Shown here piece by piece: positions 28,010 through 42,869 of a DNA stretch of 64,000 bases. This DNA comes from the human T2T-CHM13v2.0 reference genome, Homo sapiens. The stretch lies in assembly GCF_009914755.1 (NCBI RefSeq), contig NC_060937.1. One strand, given 5' to 3'. The position numbers were made by a program, and so were the translations under genes. The notes below the pieces were generated by a model. It was not told where the DNA came from. It made no database searches and saw only the letters and a list, made by a program, of their open reading frames with translations. How positions within the stretch are numbered: position 1 is the first letter of the stretch; each line of letters begins with the position of its first letter.

Positions 28010-29294
28010 CAGTAGTTCTCAAATTTTTGGTTTGTAACACTCTTGAAAATTATTGAAAACTCTGAAGAACTTTTGTTTATGAATGTTTTATGTATATATA
28101 CTTACTGTATTAAAATTAAAACTGTGAGATTCTTAAAAATATTAATAACTAATTTAAAATGATGAGCCCAATACATATTAACAAAATAATATAATTACTA
28201 CAAAAAATAAGTATCTTTTCAAAACAATTTTATGAGAAACGGGCATTATTTTACATTTTTACAAATTTCTTTAGTGTCTGGCTGAATAGAAGATAATTGG
28301 ATTCTCATAATTGCTCCTGTATTCAAGCTGTTGCAATATGTTGTTTTGGTTTAAGTATATGAAGAAAATCCATTATCATACAGACATGTAGTTGGAAAAG
28401 GGAAGAGTATTTTATTAGCCTTTCATTTAATTGTGGCCCTCTTTGTGATCCGCTATACCAAAACTTTACAAGTGGTAGTATTTTACAGATTAGTGGCCCT
28501 GGAATCTGAAACCAGATCAATGAACTTTTCATCCCTTGTTACATTGGTCTGTCTTGCACTTTAAACAGATCATTTACCTATGCATGACTTTGTGACATCA
28601 TCCACTGTCCACTGGGAAAATACTGATTCACTGAGTCATGTAGATCAACTAAATTTAGAAACATTAACATTTGTTAGTATTATTACCAGCAGAGAGCTCT
28701 GTCTTTTCTTTCTTTCTTTCCTTATCTCTCTCCCTCCCTCTCTCTCTGTCTCTCTTCCTTTTTGAGATTGGGTTTTGCCATGTTACCCAGGCTGGTCTCG
28801 AAATCCTAGGCTCAAGTGATCCCTTCGCCTCGGCCTCCCAGAGTGTTAGGATTACAGGTATGAGCCACTATGCCCAGCTGGGCTAGTGCTTTTCCTTGAG
28901 ACAACCATAGTGCTTCTGAACACAGCAGAAATGTTCTCTGCATACTGTCCATTTTGTCACACAGAACATTAGTGTTAAAAAGACATATACTCAATGGTTG
29001 AGATTTAATGAAAGTAATACTTATTACTGATTCATCAAGGTCATTCTTAAGGACTTTTTTCTGTAAGTGCAAGAAATCCAGTGATTAGTAGTGTGGCACT
29101 CTTATTTTGATTGGTGCTAGGGCACCAGTAGTAGTTTCACCCACTCTTTCTTTTGTATCATCAGAGCAAATGTCAAGCCAGTGAAAAAGGCAAATAACAT
29201 AGTAGTATTATGAAAATTGTTTTATCCTAGTGGACCTTCCAGAAGATTCTAAAGAATCTCCAGAAGTCCAATGATTGTACTTTGAGAAACACTG
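28010..29294. mobile_element. hAT-Charlie1-like DNA transposon with an internal Alu monomer (FLAM, ~28757-28882, minus)
   Basis: TIRs CAGTAGTTCTCAAA and TTTGAGAAACACTG. Confidence 0.7.
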
Positions 29295-29402
29295 CTTTAA
29301 CCTTCTACCTCCTCAGGGTTACTGCAAGCCCATCCAGAATCTTTTACATCCAGACCTAATAGACTGAGAACTAGTCCCGTCTCAAATCTACCTAAAAGCC
29401 AC

Positions 29403-29767
29403 TGTATTAGTCAGTTCTCACACTGCTACAAAGATACTGCCCGAGACTAGGTAATTCGTAAAGAAAAGAGGTTTAACTGACTCACAGTTCTGCATGCCCA
29501 GGGAAGCCTCAGGAGACTTACTATCATGGCAGTAAGGGGAAGCAGGCACGGCTTACATGGCAGCAGACGAGAGTGTGTAGGAAGCAAAGAGAGAAGATCT
29601 CCTTATAAAACCATCAGATCTCATGAGAACTCACTCACCATCATGAGAACAGCATGGGGGAAACCGCCCCCATGATCCAATCACCTCCCACCAGGTCTCT
29701 CCCTCAACACCTAGGGATTACAATTCAAGATAAAATTTGGGTGGGGACACAAAGCCAAACCATATCA
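29403..29767 (-). mobile_element. MSTA-like MaLR solo LTR
   Basis: TGTATTAGTC...CAAACCATATCA; TSD gcca(c/t). Confidence 0.88.
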
Positions 29768-31799
29768 GCCATAATCTGAATTCCCCTTTTCTGTCTCTTC
29801 CTTAGATTATTTGGTGCTTGAAAGGATAAGGCCCTTCAAAGTGAAAAGAGATCATGTTTACTCACAGGAGCATGGCCATATTAGACTGGGTGTGAACATC
29901 ATATAGTCAACATCCATAAAGAGGTGCCTACAGGCAGTGCCAGGGAGGATGCTCATTTATGTTGTCAGCGCCCTCTTAGAGACAGATCCTGGCCTAGCGC
30001 CAAGCCCGTTGTAACATAAACACTGCCCTGTAAGGGTTGTTCTTGTACTCTCCACATCAGCAAAATGGGAATGGTGGCGCCAACACTGAAGTGATCTTTG
30101 GAGAAGAGATGGGCTTTCAGAGACATCATCTATCATCCCAGACCTTCATATGCTTCTCTCTGACGAGATTACCCATGTGTTCATATCTTCAGTCTGTGAT
30201 CATGGCCACCATTCATATGCTGATCTTTATCCTATTCAGAGCAGTGCTCAGTTGGGGGGTAGGAAGGTGGGGGAGAGAATGGGGGCAGTGTTATATTACA
30301 AAATAAAGACCTATGGAAACCCTGGGCAAGATAATAAATGGAGTGATCTTTCAAAGCAGGACTATTTTGTTGTAGTTGAAAATAAAAACAAATATATGAC
30401 AAACAATTGTGTGCCCCACTAACCAGAATTGACAAATGCGAATGTTTTGTCATATTTATTGTAGATCTATTTAAATAAAAGAACTAAAATATTACAAGTA
30501 AGATTTTAGTCCCCTAAGCCTATATTATTTAAATATTCATTTCACATTTATTTTGAAGAATGGCAGAGTGCTGTGTGAGGAAAGTGCAGAGGAAGATAAT
30601 CACCCTCTCCTCCTAGCAGTTCAGCTTTCCCCAAATTCGCCTGCCCACTCTGCAAACAAAAGCAACACAATTTATGATAGTTGCCCCTTGGAAGGCAGTT
30701 TAGCAGCCAACCTCCCCTGCACCCCAATGTGCCTGAGCCCCCCTTTCCAAAATGCCAGCCACACAGGACTCCTTCTGAGAGGAGTTCTGGAAATTATAAT
30801 TTTCTGGATCTCGTTGCATTTCATGGGAGTTTGGAAGCTCATTATAAATTGGTTTCCCATGCAGCGGCTGGGCCTGCACATTCCTTTTGTCTGGTTGGAA
30901 CTACTTAAGCCTAGCAATCCCCACACGGATGACTTGGTCAAGCAAATGGCAATTGTCTGTGTCTACAGCTTCAGGAGTAAGAGAGAGCACAAACAACCTA
31001 GTTTTGCTTTTTTTTTTTTCCCTCCCCACATCTCCACAGCTACAGTAAATCAGATCGCCTGACATTTCTTTTTAGCTGTGTCTGAATCTAATGCCCTCAG
31101 CCTAGAAATTTCCGTTATATCAGTCAGTGCATGGCAAGAGCAATGGGCTTCTCTGATTAGTGAAGCTGAAGAGTAGAAATGAATCAGTGCCTTTGTATTC
31201 TAGAACATGAGTCTGGGATGAATGAATGCGGGAGGTTGGCCAAAACAACCCCAGCGACTCAATTCTTAAATTATTTACCATGAACATAAATCTGGGGACT
31301 TATGATGAATAAATATCTCCATTTAATAAGCATTAAAGGAAGGTAAGGTGGAAAGCCTAAGAAGGGGCTGGGAAGCCACCTGCTTCTGATAATCTCAAAA
31401 TCTCAGTCTCCCTCTCTGTATGATGGACCGCTTATCCTCATCGGCTCTCCTAGGGCTATTGTGAGCAGTTATTTTAGAAGTGACTGAAGGTGGTTTGGAA
31501 AATACCTTACAACATATCAAAAGCAATTTCACTGGGGCAAGACTTGGGCTTTATACCATAAAAGGAGAAAATAACAGCCTTAGTCTCCCAGATCAGCTAA
31601 GCATCCAATCAGGGAAGCAGGAATTATTCTGGCTCTTTCAGAAAGTTGGAAGGAATTGAGGGGCTCTTACAAGTCAACTGGGATAAGAGCTAGAGTGCTA
31701 AGCTTTCTGTCATTTGAGAAGCAGGTAAAGCAGGACAGGATCCTAAGAACATCTAGAGAGTGGAAGAAAAAAATGCACCAATAATTTGCATAAAGTCAT

Positions 31800-32298
31800 T
31801 GTACTAGTCAGGGTTCTCTAGAGAAACAGAACCAATGGGATACATACAGGTATATAAGAGGAGATTTATTATGAGAATTGGCTCATGTGATTATGCAGGT
31901 TGAGAAACTCCACAATATGCTGTTTCCAAGTTAAGAACCAGGAAAACTGGTGGCGTAATTCAGTCCTTGACCAAAGACCTGAGAACGAAGTGGGAGTAGG
32001 GGGTGGGGGAGGTGTCTACTGTTGTCAGAACCAGGTACTCTGATGTCCCAGGGCAAGAGAATATGGATGTCCCAGCTCAGTAAGAGAAAACTTGCCTTTC
32101 CTCCACGCTCTTGTTCTATTCAGTTCCTCAGTGGATTGGACGATGTCCACTCACATTGTTAAGGGCAAATCTTTACTCAGTCTATTGATTCAAATACTAA
32201 TCTCTTCCAGAAACACCCTCACAGACACACCCAGAAATAATGTTTTACTATCTGGGCATCCCTTAGTCCATCCAAGCTGACACCTAAAATTATCATTA
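31800..32298 (-). mobile_element. MLT2-like (ERVL) LTR
   Basis: tgtactagtcagggttctctagagaaacagaacc ... caagctgacacctaaaatta. Confidence 0.75.
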
Positions 32299-32894
32299 AA
32301 GTCATCAACTAATAGGCTTGGGAAGAAACTTAGGAGCGGCCTGATTCAACCTCCAATCCAGATGCCTTCTACTCCCACCTCATTCCATTAGCTGGTTGTC
32401 TAGTCTTTGCTTGAAAGTTTCCAGTAACAAGGATTTACCACCTCTAGAGATAGCCCATCCCAGTTGTGGGTATCTTACATCATTATGGATTGTTTACCAA
32501 GTCTCCCTCACAAAACATTATTGCATTGAGTCCCCTCATCTGTGACTCCTTCCTCCCTGAACATGCCTCAGTTGCTCTGTGTCCCTAACAAGGTGTACCA
32601 CTCAGAGCTGTACTTGGCACTCCAGAGGGGGCTTGGCCATCTGTGTGCAGCAGGGACTGCTTATCAGCAGACTTCTCTATGCTCTCTTTGCCGCCTCCTG
32701 TACCTCCTATCTGAGTGCTGTGATGGGGAGGGGGAGGGGGGAAGGGGGAGGAGGTAGGAAGTGGTGTTGATGATGCCTTGGTAGATGAGACAAGGGTCCT
32801 GCCTTTTTAACTGTAACCTCCACCCTCACCATTTTACCCCTTCTCTACTCAGGGGTTTTATGCCTGCTCTTTGTGTTTGTGACAAGCATAGAAT

Positions 32895-33877
<983 letters not shown>

Positions 33878-33993
33878 GAATCAAACATTCTGAAGATAGT
33901 GATTGAAGATTATATTCTATATCTGGGTAAAACCTGACCAAATCATAGCAAGTCAGAAGGTATCTTGGCCCAACACTGCACAATCTCTATAGT

Positions 33994-34101
33994 GCAGTGG
34001 TTCTGAAAGGGTGGTCATTGGACTAGCAATATTGGCATCACCTGTGGACTTGTTAGACATGTCAGTTAAAGGATCCTGTCCCCAAACTATCATATCTAGC
34101 A

Positions 34102-34137
<36 letters not shown>

Positions 34138-34305
34138 AGAGATGGGGTCTCACTCTGTTGCCTAGGCTGGTCTCAAACTCCTGGGCTAAAGTGATCCTCC
34201 TGCCTCAGCCTCCTGAGTCTCTGGGATTGCAGTTGTGAGTCACTGTGCCCAGTGCAATCTGTGTTTTAACAGCCCCTCCAGGTGATAGTGATTTGAAAAC
34301 CACTA
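33994..34305. mobile_element. MER5A-like hAT element interrupted by (TG)n (34103-34135) and a FLAM monomer
   Basis: cagtggttctgaaa ... tttgaaaaccact ends. Confidence 0.7.
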
Positions 34306-34373
34306 ATAGACTAGATGCTGTGGTGGCCCTCCCCACATGCATGCACTTGAAGAACCTGTGTACTCCTTCCTAA

Positions 34374-34716
<343 letters not shown>

Positions 34717-34928
34717 CATGGTAGCTCTTTTCTTGAGAGAATTGCCATTAACCAAACATGGAGCCGCCTTGCCATGGGAGTATTGGCAATGCATCCCTGC
34801 TCCCCCATCCAGAGGCCAGTGACTGACATGGGGTATAAAAAGTCTGGCCTCTTGCCTCAAGGGATGACCAATTTGTGCTCCAGAGCTCTGGATGAGGCCA
34901 GGCTGATACAAAGACCACCATTTCTTGA

Positions 34929-35177
<249 letters not shown>

Positions 35178-36626
35178 TGACTGAAAACAATAATACAAAA
35201 TTGAGGAATTGAAGGAAGGATTTTTTAATAAAGATGCTTAAAAGTTCCATGTGAGTACTTGAAAAATGACTAGATAATTATGTAGAATGTGATTTTTACT
35301 AACTCTTGTTTGTAGACATAGTTTGGGAGATGCACCACCACAGACACAGGGAGGAATACCAGGGACAGAATGGTGACATTGAATTTCTTTAGCTGACTGA
35401 GTCCTTAGCATTCCAGGAAGCACTTAAGCATCTTCATTAGTTCATTCTCCAACCTTCAGTGAGGGTGGTGATTAAGGACTTTGGGCTGATAAGCAGAATG
35501 AATCACAACGAGGTTAAATGGTGGCTGAAAGTCGGTGGCTGAAAGTCAGTTGCTGAATAAAAATGAGATTCTACCCCCACCCTCATAACCCAGCACTTTC
35601 TCTGATGATCTAGTGACATTCATTAGAAGCAAATCCTCACTCCTCTACTGCTATTTTCCTAGAATTGACAGGAAGAAAATTTGGCCAAATAAAATAAGAA
35701 ACTAATAACACTTAGCAAAGAAAACCATCTGATGTTTTCATCAACTTTAGGGTATGCTGTGTTTGCAAAGAACAAAGTAGAGATTTGACAATTATCTGGA
35801 TTATTTGGGCTGCATGGGTTAAGGTAACCAAATGGACTAGACTATATCAATCTCTAGATACATGAGACCCCGCAGAAACTTCTGGGCCTCTTTTAAGTTG
35901 GGTCTAAAAAGATGCTGCTGCACTAAGGCAGGAAGAGGGGAAGGCTTGACCTTCAGTGGGTAAGGTGACTTGGACTTGGCCAGGGCTGTTGTTGCTCCTG
36001 CATCCTCCAAACACTCCAGTCACTAGACTAGCTGGGGTGGATGAGAAGCTGAATCGATTGGTTGTGTCTGATTCGGAGGCTTATTTAGCTCCGACCCCCT
36101 GTGGGGAGATAAGGTGACTGGTGGTTGTAGCCTCTTGGCTATGGTGTATAACTATGACCTTCTGTGCTTAGCTCAGGGAGTCATTCCATTCAGCAAGCAC
36201 TTTTTTTAATTGAATCCTGATGATGTACCAGCCAGTGTACCTGGTGCTGGGGATACCCAGTTGAATGACACAGACAGTCCTTGACTTCATGAGCCAGCAG
36301 TGAAGCAACAGTTGTCCTCAGCTGGCCCCGTGCTGAGGCTTCACAGAGGGGCAGGGCTCGCCTGGCTGTTGGCTGGGAGAGGGGGTTGGGGAAGGCATGG
36401 CACAGAAATCTTTTCTAGTAAAGCGATTCTTAAACAGTCTTGAAGGATAAGAGGAATGGTTCAGAGAAGAAAAAGTGTGGGTGGGGAGAGTGGGAGAGGA
36501 AGTAGAATGCCATTCCAGGAGGAAGGATCAGAAATGAGAGGTGAAACAAAGTAATTCTTCTGGCTGAAGCATCAGGTGTGTGAAGGGCATGGGAGGGAAG
36601 ACAGCAGTGGGATTGAGGCTGAGGAG

Positions 36627-36690
36627 GGAGGCAGGGCACGAAGGGTCTGAGATGCCATGGAGGCAGGGCACGAAGGGTCTGAGATGCCAT
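36627..36690. repeat. Perfect 32-bp tandem duplication
   Basis: GGAGGCAGGGCACGAAGGGTCTGAGATGCCAT x2. Confidence 0.95.
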
Positions 36691-37022
36691 GGACAGCACT
36701 TTGGACTTTAAAGGTGATGTGAAATCATGAGAGTTACAAGATCAGGTGTTTAGAAAAAGATCTTTATGGCAGCAGTGTAGAAGACGGAGTGGAGGGAGAC
36801 AGGCAGTGGACACAGAGACAGCAGATAGAAGATTTATGCTAGAACCCAAAAAAGAAGCAATGAAAGTTGAATGCAGTGGTATGATTTAGTCTGTTTCAGA
36901 TCTTGATTTTAATTCCAACTCCATCTAACATTAGCTGTGTGACCTGTGGCAATTTACCTTACCTCTCCAAGCCTTGTTTTTTCCATATATAAGATGGTTT
37001 AATGTACAGTTGGGGGTATTAG

Positions 37023-37361
<339 letters not shown>

Positions 37362-38775
37362 GAACACAGTATTCTCTTAAAAAAAAAAAAAGAAAGAAAG
37401 AAAACCCTTATTCCTATTATTATGCAGCCATCCTAACTTGGACCGTCCTCCTATACCCAGACACTGAAACAAGGACTTGGGTGCAGGTAGTTTATTTGGA
37501 AAGTGATCCCAGGAAGCACAAGCGAGGCAGTGAGGAAAGTGAGCAGGGAAAGGCAGGAAAGCCAATAAAGGAGGTGTTACTGGGTGGGCTGCTGCTGTGG
37601 GCGACTGAGGCTTATGTTTCCTGGAGATGCTCGTGGGAACTGTGCAAATCACAGCTCAAAGTGATTCCTTTGAGAGATGGGAGAGCTGGGATATTTAACC
37701 ACCAACTCCTATCGCTCATTGGTTGAGGGTTGCTTCTGCAGATCTTAGTACTTCCAGGCTGCTCTGTGCAGAGGTTGAACAACTTTCAGGTGGGGCCGCA
37801 AGCGCTCAGCAAGTCTGCAGCAGCAGAGATGGGTGCTTGAGAAGGAAACTGCCATAGTGCAACTGGAACACTGCAGTTGAGGTAGACTCAGATGTCAGCA
37901 ATGGGAACATGGACAGAGCATCATATCTGCTACAGTGAAGTGAAGGGACAATTAAACAATATTTGGAATGTAGACAATAGATCTTGATGAGTGATTGGAT
38001 CATTGAGGGGTAAGAAATAGGGTAGAGTCTTAAAATGACTTTTGCATTTCTAGTTTTGTCTAAAATTTGCAGTCCCATTTATTGAGTTTAAAACAATTGC
38101 CAGAGGAGTAGTTTTGGCCATAGTGATGGCAGAGAAGAGAAGTTGCTTTTCATTTGGGCATCCTGAGTTGGAGGTGTCTGTGATATAGCAAAGTGTCACA
38201 CTAAGTTGGCAAATGGAATTTTCCTAATTCCATATTGAACTATGCAGGCTTCAGTTTGACATGTTCGAAATTCTTTAAACAGATTTTGTGGGAACAAATC
38301 CTGACTCTGATAATGAATGATTTCCCCTCTGCACATTTAATCTGGTGGTTTAAGTGATGGCTTTTAAAATAGCCTGGTGTCTCTTTCTACCTGCTGTTCA
38401 CTTATTAGTTGACTTTGAACCTGTTGGTGAATTCCATTGCAGATTGTCTCTCCCTGAAGAAAGGGAATAATAAACACCCTTTTGAGTTATTGCATAGCTG
38501 TTGAAAACCAAGACAGCATTTCAAAGCTCTTCTGAGTTGTTGCAGAGCACAGTGCCCCATCAACTATTGTATTTCTTTGCTTCAGTTTGCTTTCAGAGCT
38601 TACAGCATTCCAATTATCCTATTATTGGATATTCAGTAGTAAAGTGAATATGCTCGTCTTCTAAAATGGAATTTTTAGATGTTAAAAGTTTATATTTGCC
38701 AAGTGAAATAAGCCAGATATTTAGCTCATTATGGCATGGAACTCATCCTGATTATAAATATATATTTTTCTCTCT

Positions 38776-38782
38776 GTATGTA

Positions 38783-38817
<35 letters not shown>
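38776..38817. repeat. (TG)n(TA)n microsatellite
   Basis: Read directly. Confidence 0.9.
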
Positions 38818-40347
38818 TTGTATTTAGAGACATGATTCCTGTTTTTGCTCTATTTCAGAATGCATTTTTCAATAGATGTTGAAACCACTAACAGTTTAAC
38901 TTTCTAAAGTGGTTTCCTTATAGATATTTTATTATAGGAAGACGTGTAGAACATCCAAGTCAATGGGGCCAGAGACAAAAATGTGAAACAGGTAAAGCCT
39001 GGCTTTAGCTTTCTCTCTTGAGGTGACCTCTGTCTTCCCCATGGGCTTTCTCATGTCCCAGTATTCACTGCTAAGGTGCCCAAGGGTTGTTGGCCTCTAC
39101 TTCCAGAGAGGTATCTGTGTTATAATCACAAACCTCTAAGGCTTGTGATTTTGCCAATGATATTCACCTTAGCTGTGCTTGTTTGTAAAGTGTTGGCTAC
39201 ACATGAGGCTCTGGACTACTTGGTGAAAGTGGAGGGAGTGAAGACAGCAAAACAGGGTCAGAGCAAGGCTGGGCATCCTGGGTCTACTTTGTCTTCCTCA
39301 GTGGGTGGGGCGGTGCTGATAGTACTGTGGAGACTGGCTCCAGAAGAAGGCAACGAAAGAGGAAGTAGGATAGACTGTAGTGGGAACTTACTACAGGCCA
39401 AGAATTGTGCCAAGAATTCTGCATATGTATTATCTCACTTAATTAAATAAAGCAATATATTTTCTTAAAAATGTGCTTGAGAGTAAACATTTCTGGAGAC
39501 AAGTGAAAAGCCTCCCACACACAGCTCCTGTTTCTTGGAGAGTTCCTGCTGCTGGCCCATAGAGGAACACCCCAACCTTTTTTGTTTAAGCAAACAATGT
39601 TGAGGACTGAAATTGTGTGTTTGATTTTTTTAAAGTTTCAAATCAAAACAAGATCTGATAGTGGTTATTTTGCTAAGGGAAAAAATGATAGTAAGTCAGA
39701 GGTTTTGAAACCCAAATTTTTGGAGTAACGAAATAATTCGCACGGTACAAAATAAAATAATGACAATAACATTATTTTACTTTTGAAGGACAAAAGCAGC
39801 AAACACATTCAGAGACTGGATGCTTTTAGACTGCAGTGGGATCATTCATTCTTCTATTTTGCGTTTGATGAGGCTGGCTCGAGAATAAAGTTTTAGATGT
39901 TATAATGGTAGGTCTACCTGGGAGTCTGTTCCCCTAGGGCCTGGCCATCATGGCTCTGGAGCTGTAATGTTTTCTTTCGGAACCCACGGTCTGGGTGGTC
40001 TGAGCTTGTCAGGCGCACGTGCGACTCCGTTGCCTGCAGAAACGGCTGAACTTTGCACGGGCTGTGGGTGGTGAAGCACTTGTGTGTACCCACCCTGCTG
40101 TTCAGCCTGGAGCTACCACTGGTTTCAATTATGACTTCAACAGGCAGCTTTGAGGCCTTCTCTATTCATTACACTGCCGCACACTCTATAATTAGTAATA
40201 AAGGAACACAGGCACTTCACAAATATAAAGGGCTAAACAGTAATCATGCAGCAAAGGCAATGCATTGGGACTTTTCTACATAACTCCTTGTTTCTTTCAG
40301 GTAAAAAAAAAAAAGCAAATCAAAAACAACTTGTTTCATTACTTTGT

Positions 40348-40353
40348 TTTATT
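40348..40353 (-). terminator. Candidate distal polyadenylation signal AATAAA
   Basis: tttatt on +, followed on the minus strand by a GU/U-rich downstream element (GTTGTTTTTGATTTGCTTTTTTT). Confidence 0.55.
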
Positions 40354-41419
40354 TTTTGCACTGAATAACCTAGGTTTGAATCTCACCCTGGATACTTATT
40401 AGCTGTGTGATTTTTGGCATTTTATCTAACCTTCTTGTGCCTCGGTTTCTTTAATTGCAAAATGGAGTTAATGATACTTCCCATATCCTGGGGGTAGTTT
40501 GCTGATTAAATGAGATAATTCATGCAGAATGCTTGGTAAGGAGCTCTGCTCACAGAAGACTTGCTCAGTAAATGTTAGGTCTCATTATGCTTATCATCAT
40601 TTTAATTTCAAATGAAATCCATAGAGTATAAGACATAGGCATAGTACTCTTGAGTGTCTTTTTTTAAGACTTTCCATTATGTACATTTTCAAACACAAAC
40701 ATTTAGAGATACTGCTGAAATTTCCCTACCTCACATGCACCTATGCTAGCATTGACAATTATCAATATCTTATCAAATCGATCTTGTTTCACATAGCTCC
40801 CTGTGTTTTTTTCTAGAACATTTTAAAGCGAATCCCAAACATCATGTCATTTTGCCCATAAATTTGAGTGGAATAGAGCTGATAGTTACTTTGGAGACTG
40901 GCTCCAGAGGAAGGCAAGGAAAGAGGAAGTAGGACAGAATGTAGTGGGAACCTATTATATTCCAAAAGACTAAGATGTTAGTCTTTTTGATACTAACACC
41001 CCGAATAAGCTGAGGGCTCTTTGGGACTACGTCTTCTTCACCTCAAACTCCAGCTTGAGGAGGAGGTACCAGCAGCTAGTAAAAGTTCTACAGATGCTTG
41101 TTTAATTAGTGAATGAACAACCCAAACTTAGCTTTCTTCACTTTTTGGTGGCTGCTCAATGAATATTTACCTAGTGAATAAATGAGAGCAGGGATTTTAT
41201 AGACTAATACATATGGAGATGCACATAATTTATGAAATCAACACACGTTTTTAATACTTGGGTGACATTTTGCAATACTTGAAATCCTACAGGTTTAATA
41301 TTGTCATGAACATTAATAATGCCCAAATAATTAGCACTTGAAAGAAGGTTTCATTCTGATACTCAAATTATTTGTGAATGTCTGACTATAGGCAGCTTCA
41401 TGAAAAGCAATTGGCAGAT

Positions 41420-42004
41420 TCTTCAAACACATGACAAATCTTTTATTACTGTGCTTATAAGTGACACGGTTTACGGAAAACCAAATGTAATTAAATAACA
41501 TTGAACTTGAAATCTACCACAGAGTCAAGATATACAAGTTATACTTGGCAAGGCAAAATTTCTCAAACACTAGGTTGTTTCAGGTGAAAGATAAATTTCA
41601 ATTAAGTAATTCCAACATGTTTTGTTTTTTGTCTTACAGACAGTTCCTTTGGCAATAACTTCCACTTTAGCTTTTATTATATAAAAATATAACAAAATTT
41701 CATTATATACAAACATTACATTACACAATGTACAGGTTAAAAACACTAAGAAAATGGCAAGCCGCAATTGAAATCAAAGTCAATAGCATAAGAAAAATTA
41801 AATACTGCACACATTTCATAAAAATTACATTAACTACATTTTTGTTTGCAAATACCAAACAGTACCAATGTGATTGGAAATAGCTTCCAACAACTTCATT
41901 GTAAGGCACATCTTGCATATTTATATATACAACACTGAAACCGGTCAATAACTTAGGGGCTTCTCGGAGTGACCTGTATATGTGTGAAGACATGCAGCAT
42001 GGGA
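41420..42004 (-). other. PCDH8: PCDH8 3' UTR (proximal form), AU-rich
   Basis: Repeat-free AU-rich sequence after the stop codon, with minus-strand AATAAA at 41673-41678 and 41442-41447. The 3' end is approximate. Confidence 0.8.
41442..41447 (-). terminator. Polyadenylation signal AATAAA (proximal)
   Basis: tttatt on the + strand, ~560 nt after the stop codon. Confidence 0.7.
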
Positions 42005-42378
42005 TTACACATTTTCATTGGCTCCCTTCTTCGGGGACAGGTACCTGCCAGGAGGGGACTGGTAGAGGGGTACTCCAATCTCCTGCAGGTCTGGGAGCCT
42101 CCCTGGACGGGGAGGGGAGAGCAGAGTGACTGTCCTGTCATAGTCTCTGTGCAGTACTTTCTCATAGACGCTCTGCAGCCCCACTGTCTTGGGCAGCTGG
42201 GCCTGGTAGTAATTGTCCCTGCGCAGAGGATCCCGAGGCAGTGACGTGCTCTTACAGAAGGTTGACATCTGGGCTGGTGGGTGAGGCGATGGATGTGCGT
42301 TGGGCCCGCTGCAGGATGGGCTCCAGCAGCGGTCAGAGTGGCCCAGGATCTTACACTCAGCGGTGCACGCCCACAGTC
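42005..42378 (-). CDS. PCDH8: PCDH8 coding exon 3 (CM2 motif [19 protein letters not shown]; ends ...GANENV*)
   Basis: Acceptor ttttccctttcgtattag|GACTG at 42379/42378. The phase-1 join gives 1070 aa in total; stop TAA at 42007-42005. Confidence 0.95.
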
Positions 42379-42869
42379 CTAATACGAAAGGGAAAAGGAA
42401 ACAGCATGACGATTATTCCTGAGATTATACATATTCAGGCTTCCATCTTCAGCATGTCAGCCTGGGTCAGGGCAGCTGAAAGGAAAGGCTGTGCGCATAG
42501 ATATACACCGTGTCTCAAGAATCGAAGGCACATTGCTTCCTGTAAAGCCATCTTAATGCAAAGCTGGTCCAGCTTCTTCAGCTGGAAGTGAAAAAAAAAA
42601 TTGATAAGCAGAACCCACTTTTTAATGGCTAGCATCACCCATGCTGCTGCCTAACAGGATGAGGGTGTGTTTTATTCAAGAGCTGGAGTTGCCTCGACTT
42701 GGCATTTTGAAATTCACCGTGTGAGGCAGGCCCGTATCCGCAGCTGTAGGAGTGAGAAAAAGTGGGGAAGAGGGAAGGGGGCTGGGAACCGAGATTGAGA
42801 GGAGGCAAACAGTGGTGAAGGGGAGGGAAGGGAGGAATGCCGAATTTGGCGGGAAAGAAGAGTCCTCAC

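Noticed and set aside
30553-31062. 169-aa ORF in unique sequence
   Set aside because: Non-ATG start, no recognisable homology or splice support; chance ORF.
35521-35557. 14-bp tandem repeat GTGGCTGAAAGTC(G/A)
   Set aside because: Ordinary slippage duplication with no sign of function.
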